A stretch of 64,000 nucleotides of DNA from Methanocaldococcus sp. 16A (lineage in GTDB: Archaea > AGJL01 > Methanococci > Methanococcales > Methanocaldococcaceae): the NCBI GenBank assembly GCA_049860595.1, contig CP187551.1; one strand, 5' to 3'. Below, in pieces: positions 1 through 10,997 of this stretch (positions within the stretch are counted from its first letter, which is position 1; each line of letters starts with the position of its first letter). A model generated the notes under the pieces. The model was not told the origin of the DNA. It worked only from the letters and a program-made list of their open reading frames with translations, and did not search any database. A program made the position numbers and the translations under genes.

Positions 1-534
1 AATTAATCCTTTAGCTTTTTCAATCTTTGCTTTTTTTAAAATATCGTCTGATGTGGCATCTCCTACAATACATATAAGATTTGGGTCTTTTTCAAGAGCT
101 TCTTCCAATATTTTCTCATCTGAATCAATTACAACAAATGGAACTCCACATTTTTTTAATTCTTCGACTATAACTTTTCCCAATCTTCCATAACCACATA
201 TTATATAATGGTTGTTTAGTTTTTTGATTTTATCCATCATTTTTCTCAACCTAAAGTATTTTCTAAAATGCCCCTCAATAAAAAACCCCGCTATATTTCC
301 CATAGTATATGCAACTGCCCCTACACCAGCAAATATGTAGATTATGATAGAGAGCTTTCCAATAAATGTCTTTGGTGTGTAATCTCCATAACCAACTGTT
401 GAGATTGTAACAACTGCTGCATAAAAAGCTGTGAAGAAATCCCAACCCTCAACGGTCATCAATATTACTGATTCAATTAATATGAGTAAGATAATTACAA
501 ATATACCAAGTTCTATTTTTTCATGAGTCTCCAT
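1..534 (-). CDS. Potassium channel with TrkA-N/RCK domain (MjK1-like), 3' end outside window
   Basis: Read manually from ATG at 534: METHEKIELG..., selectivity filter TISTVGYGDY, then HIIICGYGRLG Rossmann motif. Confidence 0.9.
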   Translation of the reverse strand, partial: METHEKIELGIFVIILLILIESVILMTVEGWDFFTAFYAAVVTISTVGYGDYTPKTFIGKLSIIIYIFAGVGAVAYTMGNIAGFFIEGHFRKYFRLRKMMDKIKKLNNHYIICGYGRLGKVIVEELKKCGVPFVVIDSDEKILEEALEKDPNLICIVGDATSDDILKKAKIEKAKGLI

Positions 535-558
535 TTAATCTCCCTTTAAATTCTTTTA

Positions 559-670
559 TAACCATAGGGGCTACGCCCCTATTGGTATACCCCAAAAATT
601 TACACCTCTGCCTTTGGCAGAGGCGTAAGGGAGTATCCCAATAGAGGGGGCGTAGCCTTTTCTATGGTTA
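559..670. repeat. Palindromic MITE-like element, family A (MJRE-like)
   Basis: Ends TAACCATAGGGGCTACGCCCCTATTGG / CCAATAGAGGGGGCGTAGCCTTTTCTATGGTTA are imperfect inverted repeats; internal hairpin CCTCTGCC-TTT-GGCAGAGG; GC-rich in AT-rich context. Confidence 0.85.
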
Positions 671-1300
671 CTTTCCCTTTAAAGCCTTTTGTAATGAAGT
701 AATTAAGCCAGAAATAAAGAATAGGACAGAGAATATTATTATTAACTTTCCGGCATCTGTTTTTGGAGTTATATCTCCATAACCTACTGTTGTTATAGAT
801 ATTGTTGTGAAATAAAAAGCATCAAAAAAATTGTTTATTGCTGGATTTACATCTGATTCAGCAATCCATATTAAACATGAAGAAATAAAGCAGATTATTA
901 ATAGAGATAAGAAATTAAATAGTCCTTGATTTTCTTTTAATCTCCTCAGCTTAATTATTCTAAGTAGAACCAATATTCTTAAAATATTTATTACTCTTAG
1001 CCCTAAAAACGCTTTTGAATAAAATATCTCCAAAGAATATAGCAGGAATGCGATTATAACTATGGCATCAACAATATTATAAACATCTTTAAAAAATTTT
1101 GCTTTATCTTTAGCATAATAGAAGTTGTATATAAATTCAAAGGTAAAGAATATTATCGAAATATAATCTAATCTTATTAACAAATCTTGATAGGGAGGGT
1201 TATAAGTTGATAATATAAAAGAAATAACTATCTCAAATGTAAAAATTAAACTTATTAACATTTCTATAATCTTCCTCAACATTATATCTTTTAAATCCAT
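668..1300 (-). CDS. mvp: Voltage-gated potassium channel MVP
   Basis: 6 TM, S4 segment LRVINILRILVLLRIIKLRR, filter TTVGYGD. Confidence 0.92.
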   Translation of the reverse strand: MDLKDIMLRKIIEMLISLIFTFEIVISFILSTYNPPYQDLLIRLDYISIIFFTFEFIYNFYYAKDKAKFFKDVYNIVDAIVIIAFLLYSLEIFYSKAFLGLRVINILRILVLLRIIKLRRLKENQGLFNFLSLLIICFISSCLIWIAESDVNPAINNFFDAFYFTTISITTVGYGDITPKTDAGKLIIIFSVLFFISGLITSLQKALKGK

Positions 1301-1347
1301 TTATATCACAATTAGTATTTTTTATAGCTTATATTTGGTGATAATTT

Positions 1348-2802
1348 ATGGAAATTGGCATTTTAGATATAAAAGGTTCCCTACCATTATTTGAAGATTT
1401 TGGAAATCTACCAACAAAAATTATAGATGAAAAAAACTACAAAGAAATTAAAGACTTGGATGCTTTAATAATACCTGGAGGTAGTTTAGTTGAAAGCAAA
1501 TCATTAAATGAAGAGATAAAAAAAGAAATAATTAACTTTGATGGTTATATAATAGGAATATGTAGTGGATTCCAAATATTATCAAAAAAAATAGACATTG
1601 GAAGGAAAAGTGTAGTTCCAATTGTTAGAGAGGGTTTAGGTTTGTTAGATGTTGAATTTTATCCATTGGTTTGTACGGATAGAGTTGAATTTGAGATGAA
1701 AAAATCAATATTCGGGGAAGGAAAAGGGGAGGGGTTTCACTGTCACACCTATGGAGATATTAAAATAGTTGATAAAGAAACAAAAATTTTTACAATTTCA
1801 AAAGTAAGAAAACTAAATTATAAATTAAGTAAAGAACAAGAAATAATTTCTGGAGCTTTTAAAGGCAAAGTGTTTGGGACGATGGTTCATAACTTCTTAG
1901 ACAATGAATTTATTAGAGATAATTTTTTAAAGTTTATGGGAGTTACAGAGGATGAAAAAGAGAAAATTTCTGAAAAAAATAAAAAAATTAAAGAAGAATT
2001 AAAAAGAAGGAGTTTAAAATACAGATTAAATCCAGGAAGTATTAATATTTCCTCTAAAAATTCCAAGAAAAATAAAAATAAAAAAAGAGGAATTATTTTA
2101 TTGGCTACATCATCAAATAGTGGAAAGACATTTTTAACCACTGCTATATCAGCAAAATTAAAGGGAAGGGTTTTTGTTGCTAAGATTGGGGGGGATGTTA
2201 GAGATATAGTGCCGGCTTTATATTTATTGAGAGAGAGGATGACAAAATACAATAGTATAAAGATTGGAGAGAGAGGATGGGTAGATGTTTCTGAATTTCT
2301 AGATTATATAAAAAAATCAGATTATGATTATATTATTGTTGAGGGAGTTATGGGGGCTTTTACAGCTGCATTAAAAAATATCTCCTCATACCAAATTGCC
2401 AAAAAGCTTGGATTTCCAGTTTATATAATTAGTCCCTGTAATATAAGTGGAATAGAAGGGGCTTTTATAGAAGCAATGGCATATTACAGCTTACTTAAAG
2501 ATTTAGGGATTAAAGTTGAGGGTATAATTTTAAATAAAGTGTATGATTGGAATTTATTTGAGAAATTAAAAAATTTGGCTGAAAAATATAATATAAGAGT
2601 TTATGGAATAAAAAAAGTGGCTAATGAGAGTAGAGGATTAATTCCAGAGGTAGAAATTGATTATGAAAGCTTCTGCAGAAATGCCTTTAATGTTGATTTA
2701 GAAATAGAAATCCCAGAAACTGAAATAGACAATAATATAAATGATAAAGAAGATAATTTTTTAGAGATGTTAGATAAATGGATAAAGAAAATAATAATTT
2801 AA
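1348..2802 (+). CDS. CobQ/CbiA-related protein: N-terminal class I glutamine amidotransferase, C-terminal P-loop amidoligase-like domain
   Basis: IIPGGS, GICSGFQ nucleophile, GFHCH, GTMVH; later SSNSGKT, IVEGVMG, GIILNKV. Confidence 0.75.
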   Translation: MEIGILDIKGSLPLFEDFGNLPTKIIDEKNYKEIKDLDALIIPGGSLVESKSLNEEIKKEIINFDGYIIGICSGFQILSKKIDIGRKSVVPIVREGLGLLDVEFYPLVCTDRVEFEMKKSIFGEGKGEGFHCHTYGDIKIVDKETKIFTISKVRKLNYKLSKEQEIISGAFKGKVFGTMVHNFLDNEFIRDNFLKFMGVTEDEKEKISEKNKKIKEELKRRSLKYRLNPGSINISSKNSKKNKNKKRGIILLATSSNSGKTFLTTAISAKLKGRVFVAKIGGDVRDIVPALYLLRERMTKYNSIKIGERGWVDVSEFLDYIKKSDYDYIIVEGVMGAFTAALKNISSYQIAKKLGFPVYIISPCNISGIEGAFIEAMAYYSLLKDLGIKVEGIILNKVYDWNLFEKLKNLAEKYNIRVYGIKKVANESRGLIPEVEIDYESFCRNAFNVDLEIEIPETEIDNNINDKEDNFLEMLDKWIKKIII

Positions 2803-2865
2803 GAGGCATTGCTTCCCTTAGGAAGCAATGCATCCTGGGTATAGCAATAGGGCGAAGTCCTATGC
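2803..2865. repeat. Partial family A palindromic element
   Basis: Hairpin GCATTGCTTCC-CTTA-GGAAGCAATGC, then GGGTATAGCAATAGGGCGAAGTCCTATGC, similar to the right end of the 559-670 element. Confidence 0.7.
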
Positions 2866-2930
2866 GAAGGTAATTTTTTAAAAAGATTAGATAAATGGAT
2901 AAAGAAATTTATTTTAAGTGGGGGATAATA

Positions 2931-3779
2931 ATGGATATGTTTAGTGGTTTTATTGGCTCATTAATTTGGTGGCTTCTATTCTTTTATTTAGTTATGGCTC
3001 CACAAATACAATATAAACAATTACAGCTTGCAAGATTAAAAATCCTTAAAGAACTATCAAATAAGAGGAATTCAACAGTAATAACAATGATACACAGGCA
3101 AGAAAGCATTGGTTTATTTGGGATTCCAGTTTATAAATTTATAACCATTGAAGATAGTGAAGAGATTTTGAGAGCTATAAGGTCTGCTCCAAAAGATAAA
3201 CCAATAGATTTAATTATACACACACCAGGAGGTTTAGTTTTAGCAGCTACTCAAATAGCTAAAGCATTAAAGGCCCATCCAGCAGAGACGAGGGTTATAG
3301 TCCCACATTATGCAATGAGTGGGGGAACTTTAATAGCTTTAGCCGCAGATAAAATAATTATGGATGAAAATGCCGTCTTAGGACCTGTAGACCCACAACT
3401 TGGGCAGTATCCTGCTCCAAGTATTGTTAAGGCTGTTGAGCAGAAAGGTGTTGAAAAAGTAGATGACCAGACTTTAATATTATCAGACATTGCTAAAAAA
3501 GCAATAAATCAAGTTCAGAATTTCGTATATAATTTATTAAAGGATAAATATGGGGAAGAAAAAGCTAAAGAGCTATCTAAGACATTAACAGAAGGTAGAT
3601 GGACTCATGACTATCCAATAACTGTTGAAGAAGCTAAAAAACTTGGTTTAAATGTAGATACAAATGTTCCTGAAGAGGTTTATATTCTAATGGAGTTGTA
3701 TAAGCAGCCAATAAGGCAGAGAGGAACGGTTGAGTTCATGCCTTATCCAACAGCACAGGATACTGGGAATAAAAAATAA
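2931..3779 (+). CDS. ClpP-class membrane-anchored serine protease-like protein (SDH_sah family)
   Basis: IHTPGG, AMSGGT, LGPVDPQ, WTHDYPI; start moved to ATG 2931 after RBS GGGGGA. Confidence 0.85.
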   Translation: MDMFSGFIGSLIWWLLFFYLVMAPQIQYKQLQLARLKILKELSNKRNSTVITMIHRQESIGLFGIPVYKFITIEDSEEILRAIRSAPKDKPIDLIIHTPGGLVLAATQIAKALKAHPAETRVIVPHYAMSGGTLIALAADKIIMDENAVLGPVDPQLGQYPAPSIVKAVEQKGVEKVDDQTLILSDIAKKAINQVQNFVYNLLKDKYGEEKAKELSKTLTEGRWTHDYPITVEEAKKLGLNVDTNVPEEVYILMELYKQPIRQRGTVEFMPYPTAQDTGNKK

Positions 3780-3802
3780 AAATCAATAATCAACAAAATT
3801 AA

Positions 3803-4813
3803 TTATCTTTTTGTAGCTTGATAAATATGGATTAAATCACTTAAAATAGCTGATGCTGTCTCTATAGGCCCAGCTCCCCTTCCAACAACCACAACCTCTT
3901 TTGCCAAATCAGTTTCAAACATTGCAACATTTAAAGTTCCTTTGACATTTAATGGATTGTCTATTGGAACAAGCATTGGCTCAACGATTAAGTGTTTATC
4001 TTTAATTTGCCCAATTAATTTTATTGTATATCCTCTCTTATTAGCTAAAAATAGAGCTTCTGGAGTTATCCTTTTAATTCCTTTAACCTTTACATCTTTT
4101 ATTGTTTTATCCATTCCTATAATTGAATTAGCTAAAATAACAATCTTTGCTGCAGTGTCTAAACCTTCAATATCTTGAGTTGGGTCTGTTTCAGCTATCC
4201 CTAATTCCTTAGCTTCTTTTAATGCAGTTTCAAAATCTAAACCCTCTTTTTCCATCTTTGTTAATATGTAGTTGGTTGTTCCATTTAAAATTCCTCTTAT
4301 TGATAAAATTTTATTTCCAGCTAATGTTTCCTTAGCTAAGTTTATTATTGGCATGGCTCCTCCAACTGATGCCTCGTGTCTAAAAATAACATTATATTTT
4401 TTTGCTTCTTCAATCAGCTCTTTATAACATAAAGCTAATGGCCCCTTATTAGCTGTTACAACATGTTTTTTATTTTTAAAGCTTTCTAAGATGTGGGTTT
4501 TAGCAGGTTCTCCAGTCTCTAAGTTTGATGGTGTTACTTCAACAACAACATCTGCATCAACATTTCTTATAACATCTATAGAGCTTATTTCTTTCCCTTT
4601 TTCTGGATAATTTTTAATTTTTCCTGTCTTCTCTTTAACTTCTATTGCCTTCAGTAAATCTAAGCCATTTTCATCTATTGCAGCTCCAGAGCTATCTGTT
4701 ATAGCAACAACCCTAAACTCTTCATAGTTTTTCTTTAAATATTCTCTCTTTTCATGCAAAACCTTAGCAACTCCCTTCCCTATAGCTCCAAATCCAACAA
4801 TAATTATATCCAT
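3803..4813 (-). CDS. hom: Homoserine dehydrogenase
   Basis: [38 protein letters not shown]. Confidence 0.96.
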   Translation of the reverse strand: MDIIIVGFGAIGKGVAKVLHEKREYLKKNYEEFRVVAITDSSGAAIDENGLDLLKAIEVKEKTGKIKNYPEKGKEISSIDVIRNVDADVVVEVTPSNLETGEPAKTHILESFKNKKHVVTANKGPLALCYKELIEEAKKYNVIFRHEASVGGAMPIINLAKETLAGNKILSIRGILNGTTNYILTKMEKEGLDFETALKEAKELGIAETDPTQDIEGLDTAAKIVILANSIIGMDKTIKDVKVKGIKRITPEALFLANKRGYTIKLIGQIKDKHLIVEPMLVPIDNPLNVKGTLNVAMFETDLAKEVVVVGRGAGPIETASAILSDLIHIYQATKR

Positions 4814-4831
4814 TCTCTCACCAATAAATAT

Positions 4832-5314
4832 TTAAAACATGGATTTTATAAATAACAGACCTTTTTCTTTTTCTAATTCTTCAAATAGATAAAATAGTTC
4901 TTCTATTTTATCTTCATCAATAATAATTCTCATCATTGCTGATGATTCTTTATCTGGATGTGGCATAATTAAATCTAAATCCTCAACAAGACCTATTTCA
5001 TTTATTCTATCTATTGTATCTCTTATATTAGTGTCAACAACGTGCCCTATAACAACAACATCCAAATAAACCTTTTTATCCTTTCCATCAATTTTTTTAA
5101 TTATAGCCCCTTCCTTTTCTAAATCCTCTAAAATATTTTTTAGTTTTTCTTTATCATCGACATCAATAACAATCCTTACAGGAACTTTACCTCCTCTCTT
5201 TTCTTCTCTTGAATGTATAACACTTATTACATTAGCCCCATGCTTTGAGATTGGTGTTAAAACTCTCAATAATTCTCCAGGTTTATCTTTTAACTCAATA
5301 TCTATAGTTATCAT
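4832..5314 (-). CDS. Double ACT-domain protein, probable allosteric regulator of homoserine dehydrogenase
   Basis: [16 protein letters not shown] motif; directly upstream of hom. Confidence 0.85.
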   Translation of the reverse strand: MITIDIELKDKPGELLRVLTPISKHGANVISVIHSREEKRGGKVPVRIVIDVDDKEKLKNILEDLEKEGAIIKKIDGKDKKVYLDVVVIGHVVDTNIRDTIDRINEIGLVEDLDLIMPHPDKESSAMMRIIIDEDKIEELFYLFEELEKEKGLLFIKSMF

Positions 5315-5316
5315 TT

Positions 5317-5850
5317 CTACCACCAAACATCTTTAATTCCCAATTTATAAGCGATTATATTTCCAAGCAAATGTATAAACACTGTAAATAGACAGATTAT
5401 AATTACCATTTCATGTGGTATTGGAGCAACAATATAACCAAATGCTAAAGCTCCAATTACAAAATCAAGCTGGTCTAATAATGGAGCTGGTTTCCCTCTA
5501 TCAATATTTAATCTTCTTTTTATAAAACTACCTACTGCATCACCAACAACAGCCCCAGTAGATAAAAAGAAAGCTAATATTGCATGGTCAATAACAGAGC
5601 CATAAAAATCTAAGCTGTTAAAAATATTAAAATTTACTAAAATTCCTTGTATTACTCCAACTAAGGTTCCACATAGGATTCCAAAAACACTGCCTTTATA
5701 TGTTACTCCATTACCTATCAATCTTCTTCCATCAATAAAATTTTTTCCTAAATCTACTGGAGTTCCTCCACCAAATATACACGCTGATGCGTTTGCCACA
5801 TAAGCTGGCAATATATACCAAAGTGATGCAAACAATAACTTATAAAACAT
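5317..5850 (-). CDS. carS: CDP-archaeol synthase
   Basis: [45 protein letters not shown]. Confidence 0.93.
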   Translation of the reverse strand: MFYKLLFASLWYILPAYVANASACIFGGGTPVDLGKNFIDGRRLIGNGVTYKGSVFGILCGTLVGVIQGILVNFNIFNSLDFYGSVIDHAILAFFLSTGAVVGDAVGSFIKRRLNIDRGKPAPLLDQLDFVIGALAFGYIVAPIPHEMVIIICLFTVFIHLLGNIIAYKLGIKDVWW

Positions 5851-5929
5851 TCATCTCCCCTTAACATTAATTTAATATTATAATTTTTGATAAATTTTCA
5901 TCCACATATAAAATGTTATCTGTGATATT

Positions 5930-6763
5930 ATGGAATGTTCAATCTGTGTCCATACATCAAAAACAAAAAAGATAGTTAATCATGAAGGCAAACCAATATG
6001 TGTAGATTGTTTAACAATGCTAAAGTATCCTCCAAATTTCGATAAGATGAGAGAAGAGGTTGAAGAAATTCTATTTAATTTAAAAAAAGAAGGTGGGAAA
6101 TATCATTGTGTTTTGGCATTTTCTGGTGGAAAAGATAGTGTTTTAGCATTAAAACTATTAAAAGAGAAATTTAAACTAAATCCATTATGTGTTATGGTTG
6201 ATAATAGGTATATGGCCAAAGAAGCAATAGAAAACGCTTTAAATGTAACTAAACATTACAATGTTGATTTAATGATATTAAATAGGGATTATACAGAATT
6301 ATTTGAAGATGCTATAGAAAGAGGAGAAAGCCCTTGTAGAAGATGCTCAAAATTAACATTAAGAGAAGTTTGGAGAGTTGCTAAATTATTAGGGTTGAGG
6401 TATGTAATTACAGGGCATGAATTACCTTTCGGACATTCAGCAATAAGGGAAATGAAAGAAGGCATAAAGATGATAAGGTTATTAGCCCCTTACAAATTTA
6501 AAGAAGAGGAGAAATATAAAATGTTGGAAGATTTACCATGGAAAAAACCAGATTTGGGAGGATATACAACAAATTGTTTAGTGCTTGGTGTGGCATTGGA
6601 GAGATTTTATGATAAATATGGATTTAGCTTTGAGATTGATAGAGTAGCAACACTTGTTAGATTGGGTTTGTTATCAAAAGAAAATGCCAAAAAAATTTTA
6701 GAAAAACCTAAAGTACCTTATGAAGTTTATGAAGAGTTGAGAAAAAGAGGGCTAAATATATAG
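5930..6763 (+). CDS. PP-loop ATP pyrophosphatase (QueC-like) with N-terminal Zn finger
   Basis: CSIC/CVDC, AFSGGKDS, CRRC. Confidence 0.75.
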   Translation: MECSICVHTSKTKKIVNHEGKPICVDCLTMLKYPPNFDKMREEVEEILFNLKKEGGKYHCVLAFSGGKDSVLALKLLKEKFKLNPLCVMVDNRYMAKEAIENALNVTKHYNVDLMILNRDYTELFEDAIERGESPCRRCSKLTLREVWRVAKLLGLRYVITGHELPFGHSAIREMKEGIKMIRLLAPYKFKEEEKYKMLEDLPWKKPDLGGYTTNCLVLGVALERFYDKYGFSFEIDRVATLVRLGLLSKENAKKILEKPKVPYEVYEELRKRGLNI

Positions 6764-6871
6764 TTTTGTGCAAAAGTGTTTATAATGAATAAAGCATTGA
6801 TGAATGTCTTCCTTTTGGAAGACATTCAAATTTTCCTTTTTAAAGTTTAGTTTATTTTGCACAAAACTATA
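6759..6871. repeat. Palindromic MITE-like element, family B, copy 1
   Basis: Perfect 17-bp inverted ends TATAGTTTTGTGCAAAA/TTTTGCACAAAACTATA; internal hairpin GAATGTCTTCC-TTTT-GGAAGACATTC; second copy at 15508. Confidence 0.9.
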
Positions 6872-6887
6872 ATAATGAGGGATAAAA

Positions 6888-7943
6888 ATGCACATAATAG
6901 CAATAAATGAAAATGGATTTTTAGATAAAATTAAAGGAAAAAATCCATTATTTACTTGTGTAATTTCATCAATAGAGACTACAACATACATACCAATATC
7001 TGGAGTCCACAGAGATGTTATTAAATACACACCATCTGCAGATGTTGAGCTTGTTTTTTATGGAAAGTCATTAACTTTAAAAACTCCACCTATAGATGCT
7101 ACAGGTTCTCCAAGCCCAGCAACTATTACAAGGGCATGTGTTGAGCTAAAAAATATAAAAAACTTACATATAGATGCTGGAGCTTTTATTAAACCAAAGA
7201 TTCCTTTTATAGAAGTTGATGAAAAACCTACTGGTAAAATAGAGGAAGGTAAAGCAATGAATAACTCAAAAGAATTATTTAAAAAAGGTTATCTTTTAGG
7301 AAAAAACTTAGATGCTGATATGCTAATAGTTGGAGAAAGTGTTCCTGGAGGAACTACAACAGCCTTAGGAGTTTTATTAGGTTTAGGATATGATGCCGAG
7401 GGAAAGGTTAGCTCTGGCTCTGTAAATAACCCTCATGAATTAAAAATAAAGGTTGTTAGAGAGGGTTTAAAGAAAGCAAATATAAATGAAAACTCATCAG
7501 TCTTTGATGTTTTAAATGCGGTTGGAGATAAGATGATGCCTGTTGTTGCTGGTTTAGCAATAAGCTTTTCTGAAAAAAATAAGCCCGTTATATTAGCAGG
7601 AGGTACTCAGATGAGTGCTGTTCTTTCAATTATAAAAGAAATCAATCGAGAAATTTTAGATAAAAACTTAATAGCCATAGGTACTACTGAATTTGTTTTA
7701 AATGATAAAAAAGGAGATTTAAAAGGGATAGTTGAGCAAATTGGAGAAATTCCAATATTAGCATCTAAGTTTTATTTTGAAGATGCGAAAATTGAAGGGT
7801 TAAAAAATTACTGCAAAGGTTCAGTAAAAGAGGGTGTTGGAGCTGGAGGAGTAGCAGTTTATAGTATAGCTAATGGTTTAGAACCTATAAAAATCAGAGA
7901 ATTTATTGAAAATAAATTTAATGAGTGGTATAGAAAGAATTAA
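6888..7943 (+). CDS. cobT: Archaeal nicotinate-nucleotide:dimethylbenzimidazole phosphoribosyltransferase
   Basis: GESVPGGTTTA, LAGGTQM, VKEGVGAGG. Confidence 0.9.
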   Translation: MHIIAINENGFLDKIKGKNPLFTCVISSIETTTYIPISGVHRDVIKYTPSADVELVFYGKSLTLKTPPIDATGSPSPATITRACVELKNIKNLHIDAGAFIKPKIPFIEVDEKPTGKIEEGKAMNNSKELFKKGYLLGKNLDADMLIVGESVPGGTTTALGVLLGLGYDAEGKVSSGSVNNPHELKIKVVREGLKKANINENSSVFDVLNAVGDKMMPVVAGLAISFSEKNKPVILAGGTQMSAVLSIIKEINREILDKNLIAIGTTEFVLNDKKGDLKGIVEQIGEIPILASKFYFEDAKIEGLKNYCKGSVKEGVGAGGVAVYSIANGLEPIKIREFIENKFNEWYRKN

Positions 7944-8071
7944 CACCAAAAATCCTAAAAGTTTTATAGTGTAGTGAAATAAATCCTATTTTTTGATATT
8001 TTTAGAAAACAAAAAACTTTTATCATCTTATTATTAAAAACATAAAATCAAAAAAAGTAAAGGAATTAAAT

Positions 8072-8113
8072 AGAACTTTTTGAAATTTAATAGTATTAAA
8101 GTGCGAACGTTCT
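8072..8113. repeat. Internally deleted family C element with 7-bp flanking direct repeat ATTAAAT
   Basis: AGAACTTTTTG...GTGCGAACGTTCT flanked by ATTAAAT at 8065-8071 and 8114-8120. Confidence 0.55.
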
Positions 8114-8114
8114 A

Positions 8115-8795
8115 TTAAATCAATCCTAAAGCATCTTCAATCATTAAAAGCTCTGGCCCTGTTGTGTCACCACCAACTACAGCACCTTTAGAGTTTGCAA
8201 TAATACAAGCTCCAACAGAAGTAGTTCCTTTATTTGCTGTTCCTTTACCAATATATTCTACTTTAAACAAGTTTTTTAAAAATTCAAGTTCTTCATCTTC
8301 AACTAATGGATGAGTCAAACATCCTTTATTTGTTACCACAGCATTACTTCCAACAGTAGGAAGCTCGGCAATAGTGCCAATTTCAACCTCAACATTTAAA
8401 GCATCTTCAATATCTTTCTTAAAATCTTTTAACTCTGGAGATATTAAAGCTCCTTTATCATTAGTTAATATTAAGTTACCTAAAGCCGTGTTTTTTGAAT
8501 TTACAATTTCAATATTTAAATCCAAATCATTTTCCTTCAAGAAATTTTTTATTTTGTTTAATTCTTCATCATCAGCTATTTTTGGTAATAATAGACCATA
8601 TTTATTTGCTGCTGATAAAGAACCAACTAATGAACTACCTCCAATATTAACCTGAAGGCATTTAGTTTCTAAAACTTCAGATACTTCATTAACGTCATTT
8701 TTATCAAGAAAAATTGGTAATAAGGTAATTTCTTCAGTTGTCAATGCCAATACACCAATTGTAGAAATTCCTGAGAAGTATTTCCTTATAATCAT
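8115..8795 (-). CDS. eif6: Translation initiation factor 6 (aIF6)
   Basis: IGGSSLVGSL, ALGNLILTNDKGAL, TTGPEL; follows L31e; start set to ATG 8795. Confidence 0.95.
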   Translation of the reverse strand: MIIRKYFSGISTIGVLALTTEEITLLPIFLDKNDVNEVSEVLETKCLQVNIGGSSLVGSLSAANKYGLLLPKIADDEELNKIKNFLKENDLDLNIEIVNSKNTALGNLILTNDKGALISPELKDFKKDIEDALNVEVEIGTIAELPTVGSNAVVTNKGCLTHPLVEDEELEFLKNLFKVEYIGKGTANKGTTSVGACIIANSKGAVVGGDTTGPELLMIEDALGLI

Positions 8796-8829
8796 AGTTA
8801 TCACATAGTATAGATTTAAATTTAATACT

Positions 8830-9081
8830 TTACTCTGCAAGTGTTGCTATAACAACGTTTCCGTCTTTAACAGCTTTAACTCTAACTCTTGCTGGTGGTT
8901 TTTGAATTCCTCTTTCCCAAATCTTTTCATTTAATTCGTTGTCTATTTTAACAATCTCTGCTTTCATGTGTCTCATTAAAAACTGTTTTATTTTCTTTAT
9001 AGCTCTTGGAGCTCTCTTAGTTCTAACTGATTTGTTTATAACATCTCTCAATGGGATTGTATATATTCTCTCTTCCATCAT
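8830..9081 (-). CDS. rpl31e: 50S ribosomal protein L31e
   Basis: [30 protein letters not shown]. Confidence 0.97.
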   Translation of the reverse strand: MMEERIYTIPLRDVINKSVRTKRAPRAIKKIKQFLMRHMKAEIVKIDNELNEKIWERGIQKPPARVRVKAVKDGNVVIATLAE

Positions 9082-9204
9082 CAACACCTCCAAAATAGTT
9101 AGATAATAAATATACCTACCTTAGAGATATTGAAATAGATATTTAAAGATTACGGTGATTTAGTTTTATATTATTTCTTTTTTCTATATTTTATTTTAAT
9201 TGCT

Positions 9205-9384
9205 TTAATCTTTAATGGATTTAATATATTTTTCTTTTTTAGATTTTAACTCATTTATCTCGTTATTTATGTATTCCACATCTTTATCATTTTTATATGA
9301 TTCTAAAATCCATTCTAATCTCGTTATTTTTCGTTCAATATCTCTAATATGCTTAACTACTATTTTTCTTTCATAATCGTTCAT
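9205..9384 (-). CDS. Small hypothetical charged helical protein
   Basis: 59-aa ORF from ATG 9384, amphipathic K/E-rich composition; no recognisable motif. Confidence 0.4.
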   Translation of the reverse strand: MNDYERKIVVKHIRDIERKITRLEWILESYKNDKDVEYINNEINELKSKKEKYIKSIKD

Positions 9385-9420
9385 TATATGACCTACAAAC
9401 AAAATTTAATATTTTTAAAT

Positions 9421-9509
9421 AGGGCTTTAGCAATTTATATATGCACTTTGGAATTTTGACATCTTTAGGTGTCTATATTCAATAAAAAATTTATTTCTGC
9501 GAAAGTCCT
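9421..9509. repeat. Family C MITE-like element (89 bp)
   Basis: AGGGCTTTAGCA...CTGCGAAAGTCCT; internal GACATC-TTTA-GGTGTC; highly similar to 47647-47735. Confidence 0.85.
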
Positions 9510-9585
9510 ATTTAAATTTAAGAAGTTTAGTATTTTATATCAAACACAATATATATAACTTTTTATTATATTTTTTACATTTTAA

Positions 9586-10776
9586 TCAATCTTTTTTAAT
9601 AATTTTTAATGTTTCAATAAGATTATCAATATGCTCTTTTTTAATGTGTGGCATAACAACAATTCTCAAAGCTTTAACACAATTACAAACTGAGACATAA
9701 ATACCCTTATCTCTAAGTTTTTTACAAACGTCTTTATAATTTTCATCTTCAATTGCAACAATATTTAATATAGGTTCAATAACTGGCTTAAAATTATTTT
9801 CTTTTAATTTTTTGTAAAGATAGAATGTGTTTTCCATACACTCATTAACTATCTTCCTCTGCCCTTCTTTACCTAAATATTTTAAAACTGCATAAGTGCA
9901 TGCTCCTCCAAATCCTACTCTTGTCCCTAAAATTGTTGCTTGCCTGGTTTCTGTTAGATAAGGAGCATTAACATCCAAATATTTTCTATAACTTATATTT
10001 TTAAACAAAATACCTCCACTTGGAATTGGACAATGTCCCATTTTATGAGGGTCTATGGTTATAGAATCTACTCCCAAAGAGAAGTCAAACTTATAATTTA
10101 CTTCTCTTTTTTTGTATTTATCCTCCAAAAATGGAATTACAAATCCTCCAAATGCTGCATCTACATGGATATAAATATCATTTTCCTTAGCTATTTTGCT
10201 TAGCTCTTCTATATTATCTATAGTTCCAAGCTCAGTTGTTCCTGCTATCCCAATAATTCCATTTATCTCATAATCCTCCACTACATCTCTAACAAATTTT
10301 TCATCTATTGTATAATCTTTTTTAATTGGAACATAGATATAATCTAAATCCATCATATCTCTTCCTTTCTCAAATGAGAAGTGGGCAGTTACTGGAACAA
10401 TAATTTTAGGATGTTCATTTTTTGATAGTCCTTTTCTTTTTTTCTCCCTCCATATATTTTTTATACATCTCAATGCCATTAAATTAGCCTCAGTACCTCC
10501 ACTAACTATATGTCCATAGGCATTTTTATTGTTTAACAGAGAGCCCAATAATTCTATAGCTTTTTCTTCTAACAATTTAGTTCCTTTAAATAAACCTGGG
10601 TCTCCCAAGTTTGTTTCTAAGAACATATCTACTATTTTTCTTGTTATTGGTAGTATATTTGAACACATTGAACCGAAAATCTTTCCATCTTCATACTTTA
10701 AATCCAAATCTCTGTATTTAATTAACTCTTCCAAAATTTCTCTCTCACTAACTCCCTTTTCTTGCATAATTCTCAC
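9586..10776 (-). CDS. mfnA: L-tyrosine/L-aspartate decarboxylase
   Basis: [18 protein letters not shown] lysine in TIDPHKMG. Confidence 0.95.
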   Translation of the reverse strand: MRIMQEKGVSEREILEELIKYRDLDLKYEDGKIFGSMCSNILPITRKIVDMFLETNLGDPGLFKGTKLLEEKAIELLGSLLNNKNAYGHIVSGGTEANLMALRCIKNIWREKKRKGLSKNEHPKIIVPVTAHFSFEKGRDMMDLDYIYVPIKKDYTIDEKFVRDVVEDYEINGIIGIAGTTELGTIDNIEELSKIAKENDIYIHVDAAFGGFVIPFLEDKYKKREVNYKFDFSLGVDSITIDPHKMGHCPIPSGGILFKNISYRKYLDVNAPYLTETRQATILGTRVGFGGACTYAVLKYLGKEGQRKIVNECMENTFYLYKKLKENNFKPVIEPILNIVAIEDENYKDVCKKLRDKGIYVSVCNCVKALRIVVMPHIKKEHIDNLIETLKIIKKD

Positions 10777-10997
10777 GTTTATAGCTCTCTGTATTATTAG
10801 GATAATTTATAGTGATTTTCAAAATTATTCACAATTTCTAAGGTATAGATATAAAAGCCTTTGGCTTTTATTAATTGTCTTTTTCTACAGAACCTTTTGA
10901 AAAAGACTATATTCTTTAGCTTTATATATTATTTTTACTAATAATATTATAAAGAAAATTAAAGGTAATCTTTAGTATTTACTAAATTGGTGGCACA

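Noticed and set aside
559-670. GC-rich hairpins as tRNA or known ncRNA
   Set aside because: No cloverleaf or T-loop; terminal inverted repeats and a related copy at 2803 indicate a repeat element. No tRNA or rRNA seen in the window
2895-2930. Called start at 2895
   Set aside because: Falls in the duplicated 3' end of the upstream gene; RBS supports ATG 2931
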